From the IMG/VR virus record IMGVR_UViG_3300045988_150584: a stretch of 64,000 nucleotides of DNA, one strand, 5' to 3'. This DNA is from a virus. Shown one piece after another: positions 1 to 6,436 of the stretch (positions within the stretch are counted from its first letter, which is position 1; the number at the start of each line of letters is the position of its first letter). The position numbers and the translations under genes were made by a program. Under the pieces are notes generated by a model. The model ran no database searches. It was given only the letters and a program-made list of their open reading frames with translations, and was not told the origin of the DNA.

Positions 1-55
1 ACCCTTAAATTCCGCCGTGAAAGGGCGGTGACTCTACCAATTCGTCCAACGCACC
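1..55 (-). tRNA. tRNA-Glu(UUC), 3' part cut by window edge
   Basis: Reverse complement reads GGTGCGT..CCGCC-CTTTCAC-GGCGG-AATTT-AAGGGT. The anticodon arm matches classical bacterial tRNA-Glu. The T-arm runs off the window. Confidence 0.7.
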
Positions 56-78
56 ATATAAAAGCATAGTATTTCTGA

Positions 79-155
79 TGGTACTCCCAACGAGACTCGA
101 ACTCGTATTGCCGACTTGAGAGGCCGGCTTCCTATACCGATTAGAAGATGGGAGC
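79..155 (-). tRNA. tRNA-Glu(CUC)
   Basis: Manual cloverleaf on the reverse complement: acceptor GCTCCCA/TGGGAGT, anticodon arm CCGGC-CTCTCAA-GTCGG, T-arm ACGAG-TTCGAGT-CTCGT. CCA is encoded. Confidence 0.75.
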
Positions 156-162
156 ATATAAA

Positions 163-237
163 TGGCTGGGGTAGTTGGACTTGAACCAACGATACGAGAG
201 TCAAAGTCCCGTGCCTTAACCACTTGGCTATACCCCA
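163..237 (-). tRNA. tRNA-Gln(UUG)
   Basis: Reverse complement TGGGGTATAGCCAAGTGGTTAAGGC.. with anticodon arm CGGGA-CTTTGAC-TCTCG, T-arm GTTGG-TTCAAGT-CCAAC and acceptor TGGGGTA/TACCCCA. CCA is encoded. Confidence 0.9.
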
Positions 238-246
238 ATATTGATT

Positions 247-323
247 TGGTACGCCAGACAGGACTTGAACCCGTAGCCTAAAGATTAGAAATCTTTTGCT
301 CTATCCGATTGAGCTACTGGCGC
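247..323 (-). tRNA. tRNA-Arg(UCU)
   Basis: Reverse complement GCGCCAGTAGCTCAATCGGATAGAGC.. with anticodon arm AAAGA-TTTCTAA-TCTTT and T-loop GGGTTCAAGTCC. CCA is encoded. Confidence 0.9.
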
Positions 324-326
324 ATA

Positions 327-413
327 TGGTGCTGGCGGTGGGACTTGAACCCACACGGTATCTCTACCAACGGATTTTGAGTCCGTCGCGTCTGCCGATT
401 CCACCACGCCAGC
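327..413 (-). tRNA. tRNA-Leu(CAA)
   Basis: Acceptor GCTGGCG/CGCCAGC, anticodon arm ACGGA-CTCAAAA-TCCGT, long variable arm, T-loop GGGTTCAAGTCCC. CCA is encoded. Confidence 0.9.
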
Positions 414-427
414 ATATTTTAATTGCA

Positions 428-490
428 GAGCGCCTTGTTTGGCTGATCAGTTAAAAGTTGATTCCATAAATAAGGTTGCTGTATGCGCTC
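428..490 (-). repeat. ACAGCAAY hairpin element (copy S9) upstream of tRNA-Leu(CAA)
   Basis: Sense (minus) strand reads GAGCGC-at-ACAGCAAC-...-GCGCTC. The stem differs in sequence from other copies but stays complementary. Confidence 0.5.
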
Positions 491-494
491 TTCG

Positions 495-577
495 TGGTAC
501 GGGCAACAGGAATCGAACCTGCACGGTTGCCCACCAGATCCTAAATCTGGCGCGTCTGCCAGTTCCGCCATACCCGC
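495..577 (-). tRNA. tRNA-Leu(UAG)
   Basis: Acceptor GCGGGTA/TGCCCGT (two G-U pairs), anticodon arm CCAGA-TTTAGGA-TCTGG, long variable arm, T-loop AGGTTCGATTCCT. CCA is encoded. Confidence 0.9.
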
Positions 578-794
578 ATATTTCCCATCGCAATTATATA
601 GCCGTCGCCATATAACAAGAGATGCGACCATCCCATACGACAGGTTATATTCCACTCGGCTCTACATTCACTGACGGGCTGTGGACTACCGTGAGATTAC
701 CAACTCTCAAAAGGCTCGACGATTATTGAATGCCTGCGATCACAGCATTTCTCCAAACCAATTTGTCAAGTAGAGAAGTCACAAATGTTCGGAG

Positions 795-871
795 TGGAGT
801 GGATAGCGGGATTTGAACCCGCACAGTCTGCTTGGAAGGCAGAAATGCTTGCCATTAAACATCATACCCAC
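795..871 (-). tRNA. tRNA-Gly(UCC)
   Basis: Acceptor GTGGGTA/TATCCAC, anticodon arm TCTGC-CTTCCAA-GCAGA, T-arm GCGGG-TTCAAAT-CCCGC. CCA is encoded. Confidence 0.85.
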
Positions 872-922
872 ATAAAGAAGACAATCATTTTTTAGAGTCT
901 TAGTTGTCTTAATAATGACTCG

Positions 923-999
923 TGGTGTCCCGTGACGGAATCGAACCGCCGACCTCCTGCTTGTAAGGCAGATGCTCTAACCTGCTGAGCTAACCGGAC
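923..999 (-). tRNA. tRNA-Val(UAC)
   Basis: GTCCGGTTAGCTCAGCAGGTTAGAGC.., anticodon arm TCTGC-CTTACAA-GCAGG, T-arm GGCGG-TTCGATT-CCGTC. One G-G mismatch in the acceptor stem. CCA is encoded. Confidence 0.85.
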
Positions 1000-1160
1000 A
1001 AATAGGCCAATTCAAGGCATTGGCCTTGCCTCCAACTCTATGCTGTTGAGTCGCAGCAAGGTTTTACTCTAAAACCTTGCAAAAAAGTCATCACTGCCAG
1101 ACATGACGGTTTCATTCCCACTACGGTTTATAGAGTAACCACCTCTTATGTGGACGGGCA

Positions 1161-1235
1161 TGGGGGCGGAGGTTGGATTTGAACCAACGACCACCAGCTT
1201 ATGAGGCTGGTAAGCTACCTCTGCTACACTCCGCT
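1161..1235 (-). tRNA. tRNA with CAU anticodon (Met, fMet or Ile2 not resolved)
   Basis: Anticodon arm CCAGC-CTCATAA-GCTGG, T-arm GTTGG-TTCAAAT-CCAAC. Acceptor has an A1-C72 mismatch. CCA is encoded. Confidence 0.8.
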
Positions 1236-1301
1236 AAATAAAATTGGCGCTGTCATCCATTCAGACAGTCATTAAGTCGCAGTGACGTTGTGACACCAAT
1301 A

Positions 1302-1376
1302 TGGCTGGAACGATAGGACTCGAACCTACAACCCTCCGATTAACAGTCGGATGCTCTACCATTGAGCTACGAACCA
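1302..1376 (-). tRNA. tRNA-Asn(GUU) with two U-U mismatches in the acceptor stem
   Basis: TGGTTCG-TA-GCTC-AATGGTA-GAGC, anticodon arm TCCGA-CTGTTAA-TCGGA, T-arm GTAGG-TTCGAGT-CCTAT. The 3' acceptor strand CGTTCCA leaves positions 4-69 and 5-68 unpaired. Confidence 0.75.
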
Positions 1377-1387
1377 ATATTTTCAAC

Positions 1388-1470
1388 GAGACGCAACATC
1401 ATTTACACTTGATAGATAAAATCCAGCTCATCTTTTATGTATAGAAATTTGAAGTTGCTGTAAGCGTCTC
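1388..1470 (-). repeat. ACAGCAAY hairpin element (copy S10) upstream of tRNA-Asn
   Basis: Sense strand reads GAGACGC-tt-ACAGCAAC-(~60 nt)-GCGTCTC. Confidence 0.5.
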
Positions 1471-1482
1471 TAACAACGGCAA

Positions 1483-1540
1483 GGCACTTATGTACTTTCT
1501 ATTATCCGCAAGAAAATCCTCCAAAGTTGCTGTGTGTGCC
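1483..1540 (-). repeat. ACAGCAAY hairpin element (copy S11)
   Basis: Sense strand reads GGCAC-ac-ACAGCAAC-...-GTGCC, immediately downstream of tRNA-Pro. Confidence 0.45.
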
Positions 1541-1546
1541 TTTTTA

Positions 1547-1623
1547 TGGTCTGAGTAGCTGGTCTCGAACCAGCGGCCTCGTGATCCCAAATCACGCGCT
1601 CTACCTACTGAGCTATACCCAGA
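1547..1623 (-). tRNA. tRNA-Pro(UGG)
   Basis: Acceptor TCTGGGT/ACTCAGA, anticodon arm CGTGA-TTTGGGA-TCACG, T-arm GCTGG-TTCGAGA-CCAGC. CCA is encoded. Confidence 0.9.
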
Positions 1624-1685
1624 TTTACTTTTGAGAGAATCAGTAAAAGCAGCATCGCCACGAGCAGGCTTCTCTCCTGATGCCG

Positions 1686-2100
1686 TGGAGCAGAGGGGAA
1701 TTGAACCCCTGTCCGAAATTCCTACATGAACAAAACATTCTTACGCAATAGATAGCAATTTGCATTTTGTCATAAGACGAGCTGCTTGGTGCTATCAACC
1801 AACTCAGAGCCGCACCAGTCTTGCGACCTCCACCACCTTATTTCTTTTCACAGTAATAAGGAAAACTGCAATGTCAGCCTGATTCTTTATTACCGCAGAT
1901 GCTCACCCAGACTAAAAGTGCATCGTTTAGGCATCCATCAACTGCAATTAAGCAGCAATACCCTCCATAACAGCATACAGAGCGGGATGAATCATAACCA
2001 CAATAGAATCATTGTCATTTCATTTTTGTTTGAGCCTTAGGCGGTCTCCATGCCTGCGTATTTCGTCCTATCAAAACCCCGTCGAACCCATTACTGCCCC
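1686..2100 (-). ncRNA. ssrA: tmRNA (SsrA) embedded in the tRNA array
   Basis: - 5' end GGGGCAGTAATGGGTTCGACGGGG and 3' end GGGGTTCAATTCCCCTCTGCTCCA form a tRNA-like acceptor/T-arm.
- An internal A-rich region is followed by a tag-like ORF ending ..GAG GGT ATT GCT GCT TAA (..EGIAA*), with the stop at 1948-1950.
- The resume codon is not resolved. Confidence 0.85.
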
Positions 2101-2113
2101 ATATTTAATTTTG

Positions 2114-2190
2114 TGGTCGGAGTAGAAAGAGTCGAACTTTCGACCTCACGATTATCAGTCGTGCGCTCTACCTACTGAGCTATACTCCGA
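2114..2190 (-). tRNA. tRNA-Ile(GAU)
   Basis: TCGGAGTATAGCTCAGTAGGTAGAGC, anticodon arm CACGA-CTGATAA-TCGTG, T-loop AAGTTCGACTCTT. CCA is encoded. Confidence 0.9.
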
Positions 2191-2305
2191 GATAAAGCCA
2201 TGCGTCCGTAGAACCTCGTCTGCAGCCGATAGGTTTTTAGCTGGAATAGCAGTCAAGTAATGAGCTGAACCGCACAAACGCCAACATAACCAACATGGCA
2301 CGATC

Positions 2306-2381
2306 TGGTGGAAACAATGAGAATCGAACTCACGACCTCCTGCTTGCAAGGCAGGCGCTCTCCCAGCTGAGCTATGTCCCC
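2306..2381 (-). tRNA. tRNA-Ala(UGC)
   Basis: GGGGACATAGCTCAGCTGGGAGAGC, anticodon arm CCTGC-CTTGCAA-GCAGG. The G3-U70 identity pair is present. CCA is encoded. Confidence 0.9.
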
Positions 2382-2387
2382 ATGTAA

Positions 2388-2412
2388 CCGTCCTCTTTCG
2401 AGGACGGATTTT
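2388..2412. other. GC hairpin between CDS 2426-3232 and the tRNA array
   Basis: ccgtcctc-tttc-gaggacgg. The T-run lies on the plus-strand side only, so its role as terminator of the minus-strand gene is doubtful; it may be a processing site or a barrier. Confidence 0.4.
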
Positions 2413-2425
2413 ATTTGATTTGAGA

Positions 2426-3232
2426 TTAGGAGCTGAAAGCGGGGGCGAGGCCATAGGAATACCCGGCGTTGCCGGAGCCCGCGTAGCCGGTCGCGTACAC
2501 AAAGCAGAAGCCGGAGCTGTTGTTGTAGTACGGAGAACGCAACAGGTTACAGCGACGATTCCCGTCATCATCTTCCTTATAGTAAGGAACATCCTCCTGC
2601 TGATAGTATTCGTACCAATGTCCCTCGCCAGGCATCGAATAAAAACAGCGACCGTACAGTTCTTTCTCACTCTTGAGCCAAACCTTACAAATGCTCTTAA
2701 TAATTTCCTTGCTGCAATCGCCAGCGCTTGTAAGTTTAATAACCGGCTTAATAATTGCCTGCAATTCATCGGAACAAAGCGAGAAGAACTCCGTATCCAG
2801 CCTGCGTCTTACAACAGAAGCTTCATATCCGCCGCGATTCGTACTTTCGTCGTTCCACGACCAGTCCTCGTTATAAACTCTAACCATATCCCAAGAAAGA
2901 GGTGCTTTGCCAGTCCCATCTGCAAGATCATCATGATTAAATCCAATAATCTGCCATACAGCAACGAACCCATTCTTCATGTGGTCTTTCTTCTGTGCGC
3001 CAAGTGCAAACACATCACGCGCCTTACCAGACAATCCGATCTGATTGATTTCGTCCCAAGAAAGATGGTTCAAATCTTTCAAAGGCATCGCAAGCGGCGC
3101 TTTACAAACGGTCTCAACAATATGCTCACTCGTCGAACTATCATCGAAACTAAGAGTTACTGCATCGCCATCGCAAACGATATTCATTGCCGAAAACTTG
3201 CTAAGATCCTTTGTTGCAATTTTGAACTGCAT
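2426..3232 (-). CDS. hypothetical protein with a C-terminal ..LLRSPYY..G..YGLAPAF motif (DUF6273-like)
   Basis: ORF 2426..3241, with ATG (MQFKIATKD) preferred as start. The composition is protein-like, unlike the antisense 283-aa ORF. The C-terminal motif recalls Firmicutes surface and phage proteins. Confidence 0.6.
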   Translation of the reverse strand: MQFKIATKDLSKFSAMNIVCDGDAVTLSFDDSSTSEHIVETVCKAPLAMPLKDLNHLSWDEINQIGLSGKARDVFALGAQKKDHMKNGFVAVWQIIGFNHDDLADGTGKAPLSWDMVRVYNEDWSWNDESTNRGGYEASVVRRRLDTEFFSLCSDELQAIIKPVIKLTSAGDCSKEIIKSICKVWLKSEKELYGRCFYSMPGEGHWYEYYQQEDVPYYKEDDDGNRRCNLLRSPYYNNSSGFCFVYATGYAGSGNAGYSYGLAPAFSS

Positions 3233-3248
3233 AAAACACACCCCGTAA

Positions 3249-3270
3249 AAATTATTTTGCTAATTCCTTA
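3249..3270 (-). promoter_or_regulatory. class-B intercistronic motif copy
   Basis: Reads TAAGGAATTAGCAAAATAATTT on the minus strand, just upstream of CDS 2426-3232. Confidence 0.5.
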
Positions 3271-3913
3271 GAAAGAAAATTCAATACTTGAATCATACCT
3301 ATCATTGAGCCTTCGCTCTACCTCCATTACCTTCTCACAATGTTCAGCCACCAGGGAGATAAGTCTGAGCTTCAAGGAGCGACCTTTAACTTCTTACCCC
3401 AGCCTTACACAGCGAACTGTATTAGGCCAATTCCTGCGCGGGATTGTTTACCCGCAAATTTCACCGTTCGTTCAGAAAATTTGATAGTTTCATACAATTT
3501 CTTTTTCATCATATCGTATTAAAGATCAAACACCAAAACTGTCCTACGGCTACTTTAACCGGCGACTTTCGTTATAGTCGAGTTTCTTCGACATCAAGAC
3601 AGGAGCGCATTGTTGGCATTTCCTCCGGTTGTACTGGTTGCCACACCAGCATCCTTGAGGATTATTCTCCACAGGAGCGTCTATTGCTGCGCCCGAAAGT
3701 TCCGTGCTTTTTGTAGCGATAACTCTTGGCAACACACATTTTCGTTGGCGGTTTCTGCCTTCCAGCAATACATCGCTGCATTACTGCCGCCTGGACAATA
3801 AAAGGTATCCCTCGTAAATCCAGCGGGAACTACTGTGCGTCTCGGAGTGCTGACACACTTTATTCACCGAGTTAATCATAAGCATGATTCAAATATTGAA
3901 TTTTCAAAGATCA
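3271..3913 (-). ncRNA. candidate large structured non-coding RNA (~640 nt ORF-free, flanked by tRNA genes)
   Basis: - No credible ORF in any frame.
- Nested complementary segments on the minus strand, for example GGCGG..CAGC-gatgtatt-GCTG..CCGCC.
- Repeated GCTCCTGT and a GCAGCAAT core.
- Lies inside an RNA-gene cluster. The strand is assumed from context. Confidence 0.35.
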
Positions 3914-3989
3914 TGGAGCTGGCGACAGGACTTGAACCCGCAACCTGATGATTACAAATCACCTGCGCTACCAATTGTGCCACGCCAGC
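3914..3989 (-). tRNA. tRNA-Thr(UGU)
   Basis: Acceptor GCTGGCG/CGCCAGC, anticodon arm GGTGA-TTTGTAA-TCATC, T-arm GCGGG-TTCAAGT-CCTGT. CCA is encoded. Confidence 0.9.
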
Positions 3990-4051
3990 ATATTGTTTAG
4001 CTATGTCCTCTTGTCATTATTGAGTATAGCACATGGGCACATAGTTGTCAA

Positions 4052-4072
4052 TAGGAATTAGCAAAATAATTT
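4052..4072 (+). promoter_or_regulatory. class-B motif copy (no plus-strand gene downstream)
   Basis: TAGGAATTAGCAAAATAATTT, sharing a 20-nt identity with the copy at 61207-61228. Confidence 0.4.
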
Positions 4073-4081
4073 CAGATTTTT

Positions 4082-4157
4082 TGGTGGCTGAGGCTGGGCT
4101 TGAACCAGCGTCTCCGCTTTATGGGAGCGGCAAGAAAACCAGCTTCTCCACTCAGCC
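4082..4157 (-). tRNA. tRNA with CAU anticodon and C33 in the anticodon loop
   Basis: Acceptor GGCTGAG/CTCAGCC, D-arm GAGA..TCTT, anticodon arm CCGCT-CCCATAA-AGCGG (C where U33 is nearly universal), T-arm GCTGG-TTCAAGC-CCAGC. CCA is encoded. Confidence 0.75.
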
Positions 4158-4186
4158 AAATAGGGAGGGGCAAAAGCCCCGTCCCA
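4158..4186 (-). terminator. hairpin downstream of the HU gene
   Basis: Minus strand GGGACGGGGC-TTTT-GCCCCTCCC followed by TATTT. The T-tract is weak. Confidence 0.45.
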
Positions 4187-4189
4187 TAG

Positions 4190-4474
4190 TTACTCTCGAA
4201 TACTTCTTAAAAGTTCTGCTCCGGACTTAAATACGACATTCTGGAACTCTGGAACAACAATGCTTTCTTTCGTTACCGGATGAAGAGCAGGATGTGACTT
4301 GTACTTTTTCACATCAAATGTTCCAAACCCATAAATCGAAACGCGATCTCCATTTCTAAGAGCATTCGCAATTTCATCAAAAATATCGTCAACGATATCC
4401 TTGACCATGTACTTCTTATACGCCTTATTATTCTGAGCAAGCGTATTTACTAAATCTGCTTTATTGATATTCAT
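4190..4474 (-). CDS. HU/IHF-family DNA-binding protein
   Basis: 94 aa, MNINKADLV...SIYGFGTFDVKKYK..VVFKSG. The length is typical and the GFGxF arm motif is present. Confidence 0.9.
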   Translation of the reverse strand: MNINKADLVNTLAQNNKAYKKYMVKDIVDDIFDEIANALRNGDRVSIYGFGTFDVKKYKSHPALHPVTKESIVVPEFQNVVFKSGAELLRSIRE

Positions 4475-5709
4475 GCTAATTTATCGCTCCCTTGTGGGCG
4501 ATAACGAGTCGTATCAAAGTCAATATCGTAAAATGCTTTGACACCATTATAATCACAGACACAAACTAACTGCTGCTGCGCTCCGTAAATGCGCTTTCCA
4601 ACGCAGTAGTCATCCATACCAAGAAAGCTGCCGGCCATAATCGTTTTCACGCCTTGAACACTATCAGTCTTATTGTGATGTAAATGACCTGAAAGAATAG
4701 CGTACACCGGATCTTTTGCCATTGTCTGAAGCGATTGAACTTTCCCAGCAGATCCATCATAATCGCCATGCACACCAAGATAAGTCTTGCCGCGAATATC
4801 AAGCAGATACATCGTATCGTCGATCTTTCTATAATGATCAAACGATACATTCTCGAAAGCTTGTAAACGAGCTTTCAAATACCACTCAACTAAATCGTCA
4901 AGACGCTCATGGATTGAAGCAACATCTTTCTCTTCAAGCCGAGAATGATTTCCAGCAACAGAAGAAAAGTAAACATTCTTAAAGTGATGGCTTAATGTAG
5001 ACAAAAACTCCGCAAGAAGTTCAGATACTCCAACGACCTGTTGAATGACATTTTCTCTGTTCGACACGGCAATAGACTTATGGATATTTCCGCTAATCAA
5101 GTCTCCGTTTGCCCATACATAGCAATTCTCCGCTCCATGCAAAGCGGCAATTTCAAAGATGCGATCCAGATATTCATTAAGAAGCTGCACGCAAACATCA
5201 GAATTATAGTAATTCCAATAATTGTCTACACACGCTCCAAAATGCAAATCATTTAAGCTCACAAGCAAATCGTTTCCGCTTGGTTCAATTACACATGGCA
5301 CATAATCCAACCGTGGAATTACGCCAGAAGTAATTGCCCTCTCAAAAATATCAGAGTTTTCATCCTTGCGAGCCAAGTCGCGCACAACTTTATTAAGAGC
5401 GTTTCTCTGATCAAAAAACCGTTGGCGTTCTTTCTTAAATTCAAGCATCTTCTGCTCAATCTCATCAAGATATGCACTTCCGAGATCCTGCGTTGCCTTC
5501 TGCTTGAAGTATTTCATCACATGATAGCCAGAATACGGTGTTACATTCGCGGCTTTACGAAGACTATCGTAATGGACATCAAGCCCAAGCAGATCAACAA
5601 TATCTGACCATTCTAAGTCAGAAGGGTTCTGCTCAACCTTAATCTCAATCAGCCGTAGGCCATACTCATAATTGTCTTCATTTTCAAGCTGTTTATATTT
5701 TGGATTCAA
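4471..5709 (-). CDS. calcineurin-like metallophosphoesterase (SbcD/Mre11-like nuclease candidate)
   Basis: Motifs DLHFG, GDLISG, GNHS and GHLHH occur in the canonical order. Confidence 0.8.
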   Translation of the reverse strand: MNPKYKQLENEDNYEYGLRLIEIKVEQNPSDLEWSDIVDLLGLDVHYDSLRKAANVTPYSGYHVMKYFKQKATQDLGSAYLDEIEQKMLEFKKERQRFFDQRNALNKVVRDLARKDENSDIFERAITSGVIPRLDYVPCVIEPSGNDLLVSLNDLHFGACVDNYWNYYNSDVCVQLLNEYLDRIFEIAALHGAENCYVWANGDLISGNIHKSIAVSNRENVIQQVVGVSELLAEFLSTLSHHFKNVYFSSVAGNHSRLEEKDVASIHERLDDLVEWYLKARLQAFENVSFDHYRKIDDTMYLLDIRGKTYLGVHGDYDGSAGKVQSLQTMAKDPVYAILSGHLHHNKTDSVQGVKTIMAGSFLGMDDYCVGKRIYGAQQQLVCVCDYNGVKAFYDIDFDTTRYRPQGSDKLA

Positions 5710-5909
5710 TATTCATCCCTCCCATCATCGGGCGGCAACTGAATACTGCGGCGAATTGTCAGAGTAACGCCAACAACGCCGTCCCAGCGTTTTAACAGCT
5801 CTAAGAGGCTGTATGTTCTTACGGAATCAGTATCATATTCTGTGATTGTCATATCACTGGTGTCAATTATGGCATTTTCAAAGCTTTCGCTTTTAACCAC
5901 CATTGACAT
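5706..5909 (-). CDS. hypothetical protein
   Basis: Internal ATG (MSMVVKS..) is preceded by GAGGAAAG. It overlaps the stop of the upstream gene. Confidence 0.5.
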   Translation of the reverse strand: MSMVVKSESFENAIIDTSDMTITEYDTDSVRTYSLLELLKRWDGVVGVTLTIRRSIQLPPDDGRDEY

Positions 5910-6144
5910 TATGCTTTCCTCGCTGCTGAATGATTCGCTTGCGACGAATCTCACGCTCTCGATCAATCCGTGCAACAATTTCGGCGGCGAGATGGTTTGT
6001 ACTCGCAATCGCCCTCATGTTTCCTTCACTCTCTGTTGCGTAGTAATGATGCCGCTTTGAATCCTGCATCATTGTTCGCGTTACCTTGTACTCAGGATAC
6101 AATTCTCTGAGAATACGCGCTTCTTCCTTAGTTACTGGAATCAT
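5893..6144 (-). CDS. hypothetical protein
   Basis: 83-aa ORF, the first gene after the 6145-6436 control region. Confidence 0.5.
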   Translation of the reverse strand: MIPVTKEEARILRELYPEYKVTRTMMQDSKRHHYYATESEGNMRAIASTNHLAAEIVARIDREREIRRKRIIQQRGKHNVNGG

Positions 6145-6274
6145 ATAAAGTCTTCATTCCTTTTCAAAAAAGATGTCTGGGCTGCGGATATCGCACCGCA
6201 GCCATAGACAGGAGAATCCCGAATAGATTAGTAAATACGGTTTTCTTCCCTTAAAGGTCTTTTTCTTTTTGGTT

Positions 6275-6307
6275 GCAAATACTCCGTTGAACAACGGGTA
6301 TTTCGTT
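6275..6307. promoter_or_regulatory. 33-bp direct repeat copy 1 containing a CGTTG-AA-CAACG palindrome
   Basis: gcaaatactccgttgaacaacgggtatttcgtt, repeated at 6342-6374 with one mismatch. Confidence 0.6.
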
Positions 6308-6341
6308 ATATTTGCCAAGCATTATTTGGCATATTTGATAG

Positions 6342-6374
6342 GCAAATACTCCGTTGAACAACGGGTGTTTCGTT
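6342..6374. promoter_or_regulatory. 33-bp direct repeat copy 2 containing a CGTTG-AA-CAACG palindrome
   Basis: gcaaatactccgttgaacaacgggtgtttcgtt. Confidence 0.6.
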
Positions 6375-6411
6375 TTATCAGACTTCAAAATAAAACATGG
6401 GGACATTTTGT

Positions 6412-6431
6412 GCTGTTTAGCTAATTCCTAA
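6412..6431 (-). promoter_or_regulatory. class-B motif copy
   Basis: TTAGGAATTAGCTAAACAGC on the minus strand, directly after the stop of the 898-aa gene. Confidence 0.5.
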
Positions 6432-6436
6432 CAACA

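Noticed and set aside
580-794. Possible additional tRNA in the 215-nt gap between tRNA-Leu(UAG) and tRNA-Gly, and in the gap at 1000-1160.
   Set aside because: No T-arm (GTTCRANYC) or acceptor pairing could be found on either strand. Only generic hairpins are present, for example at 1004-1026 and 1068-1092.
5-2769. ORFs 5..238, 419..655, 483..674, 1786..2040 and 2155..2769 in the first 2.8 kb.
   Set aside because: They overlap well-folding tRNA genes or the tmRNA and lack RBSs.
2420-3271. 283-aa plus-strand ORF antisense to 2426..3241.
   Set aside because: The minus-strand frame has protein-like composition, a recognisable C-terminal motif and fits the leftward operon. The plus-strand translation is Ile/Leu/Arg-rich, looks like noise, and has no RBS.
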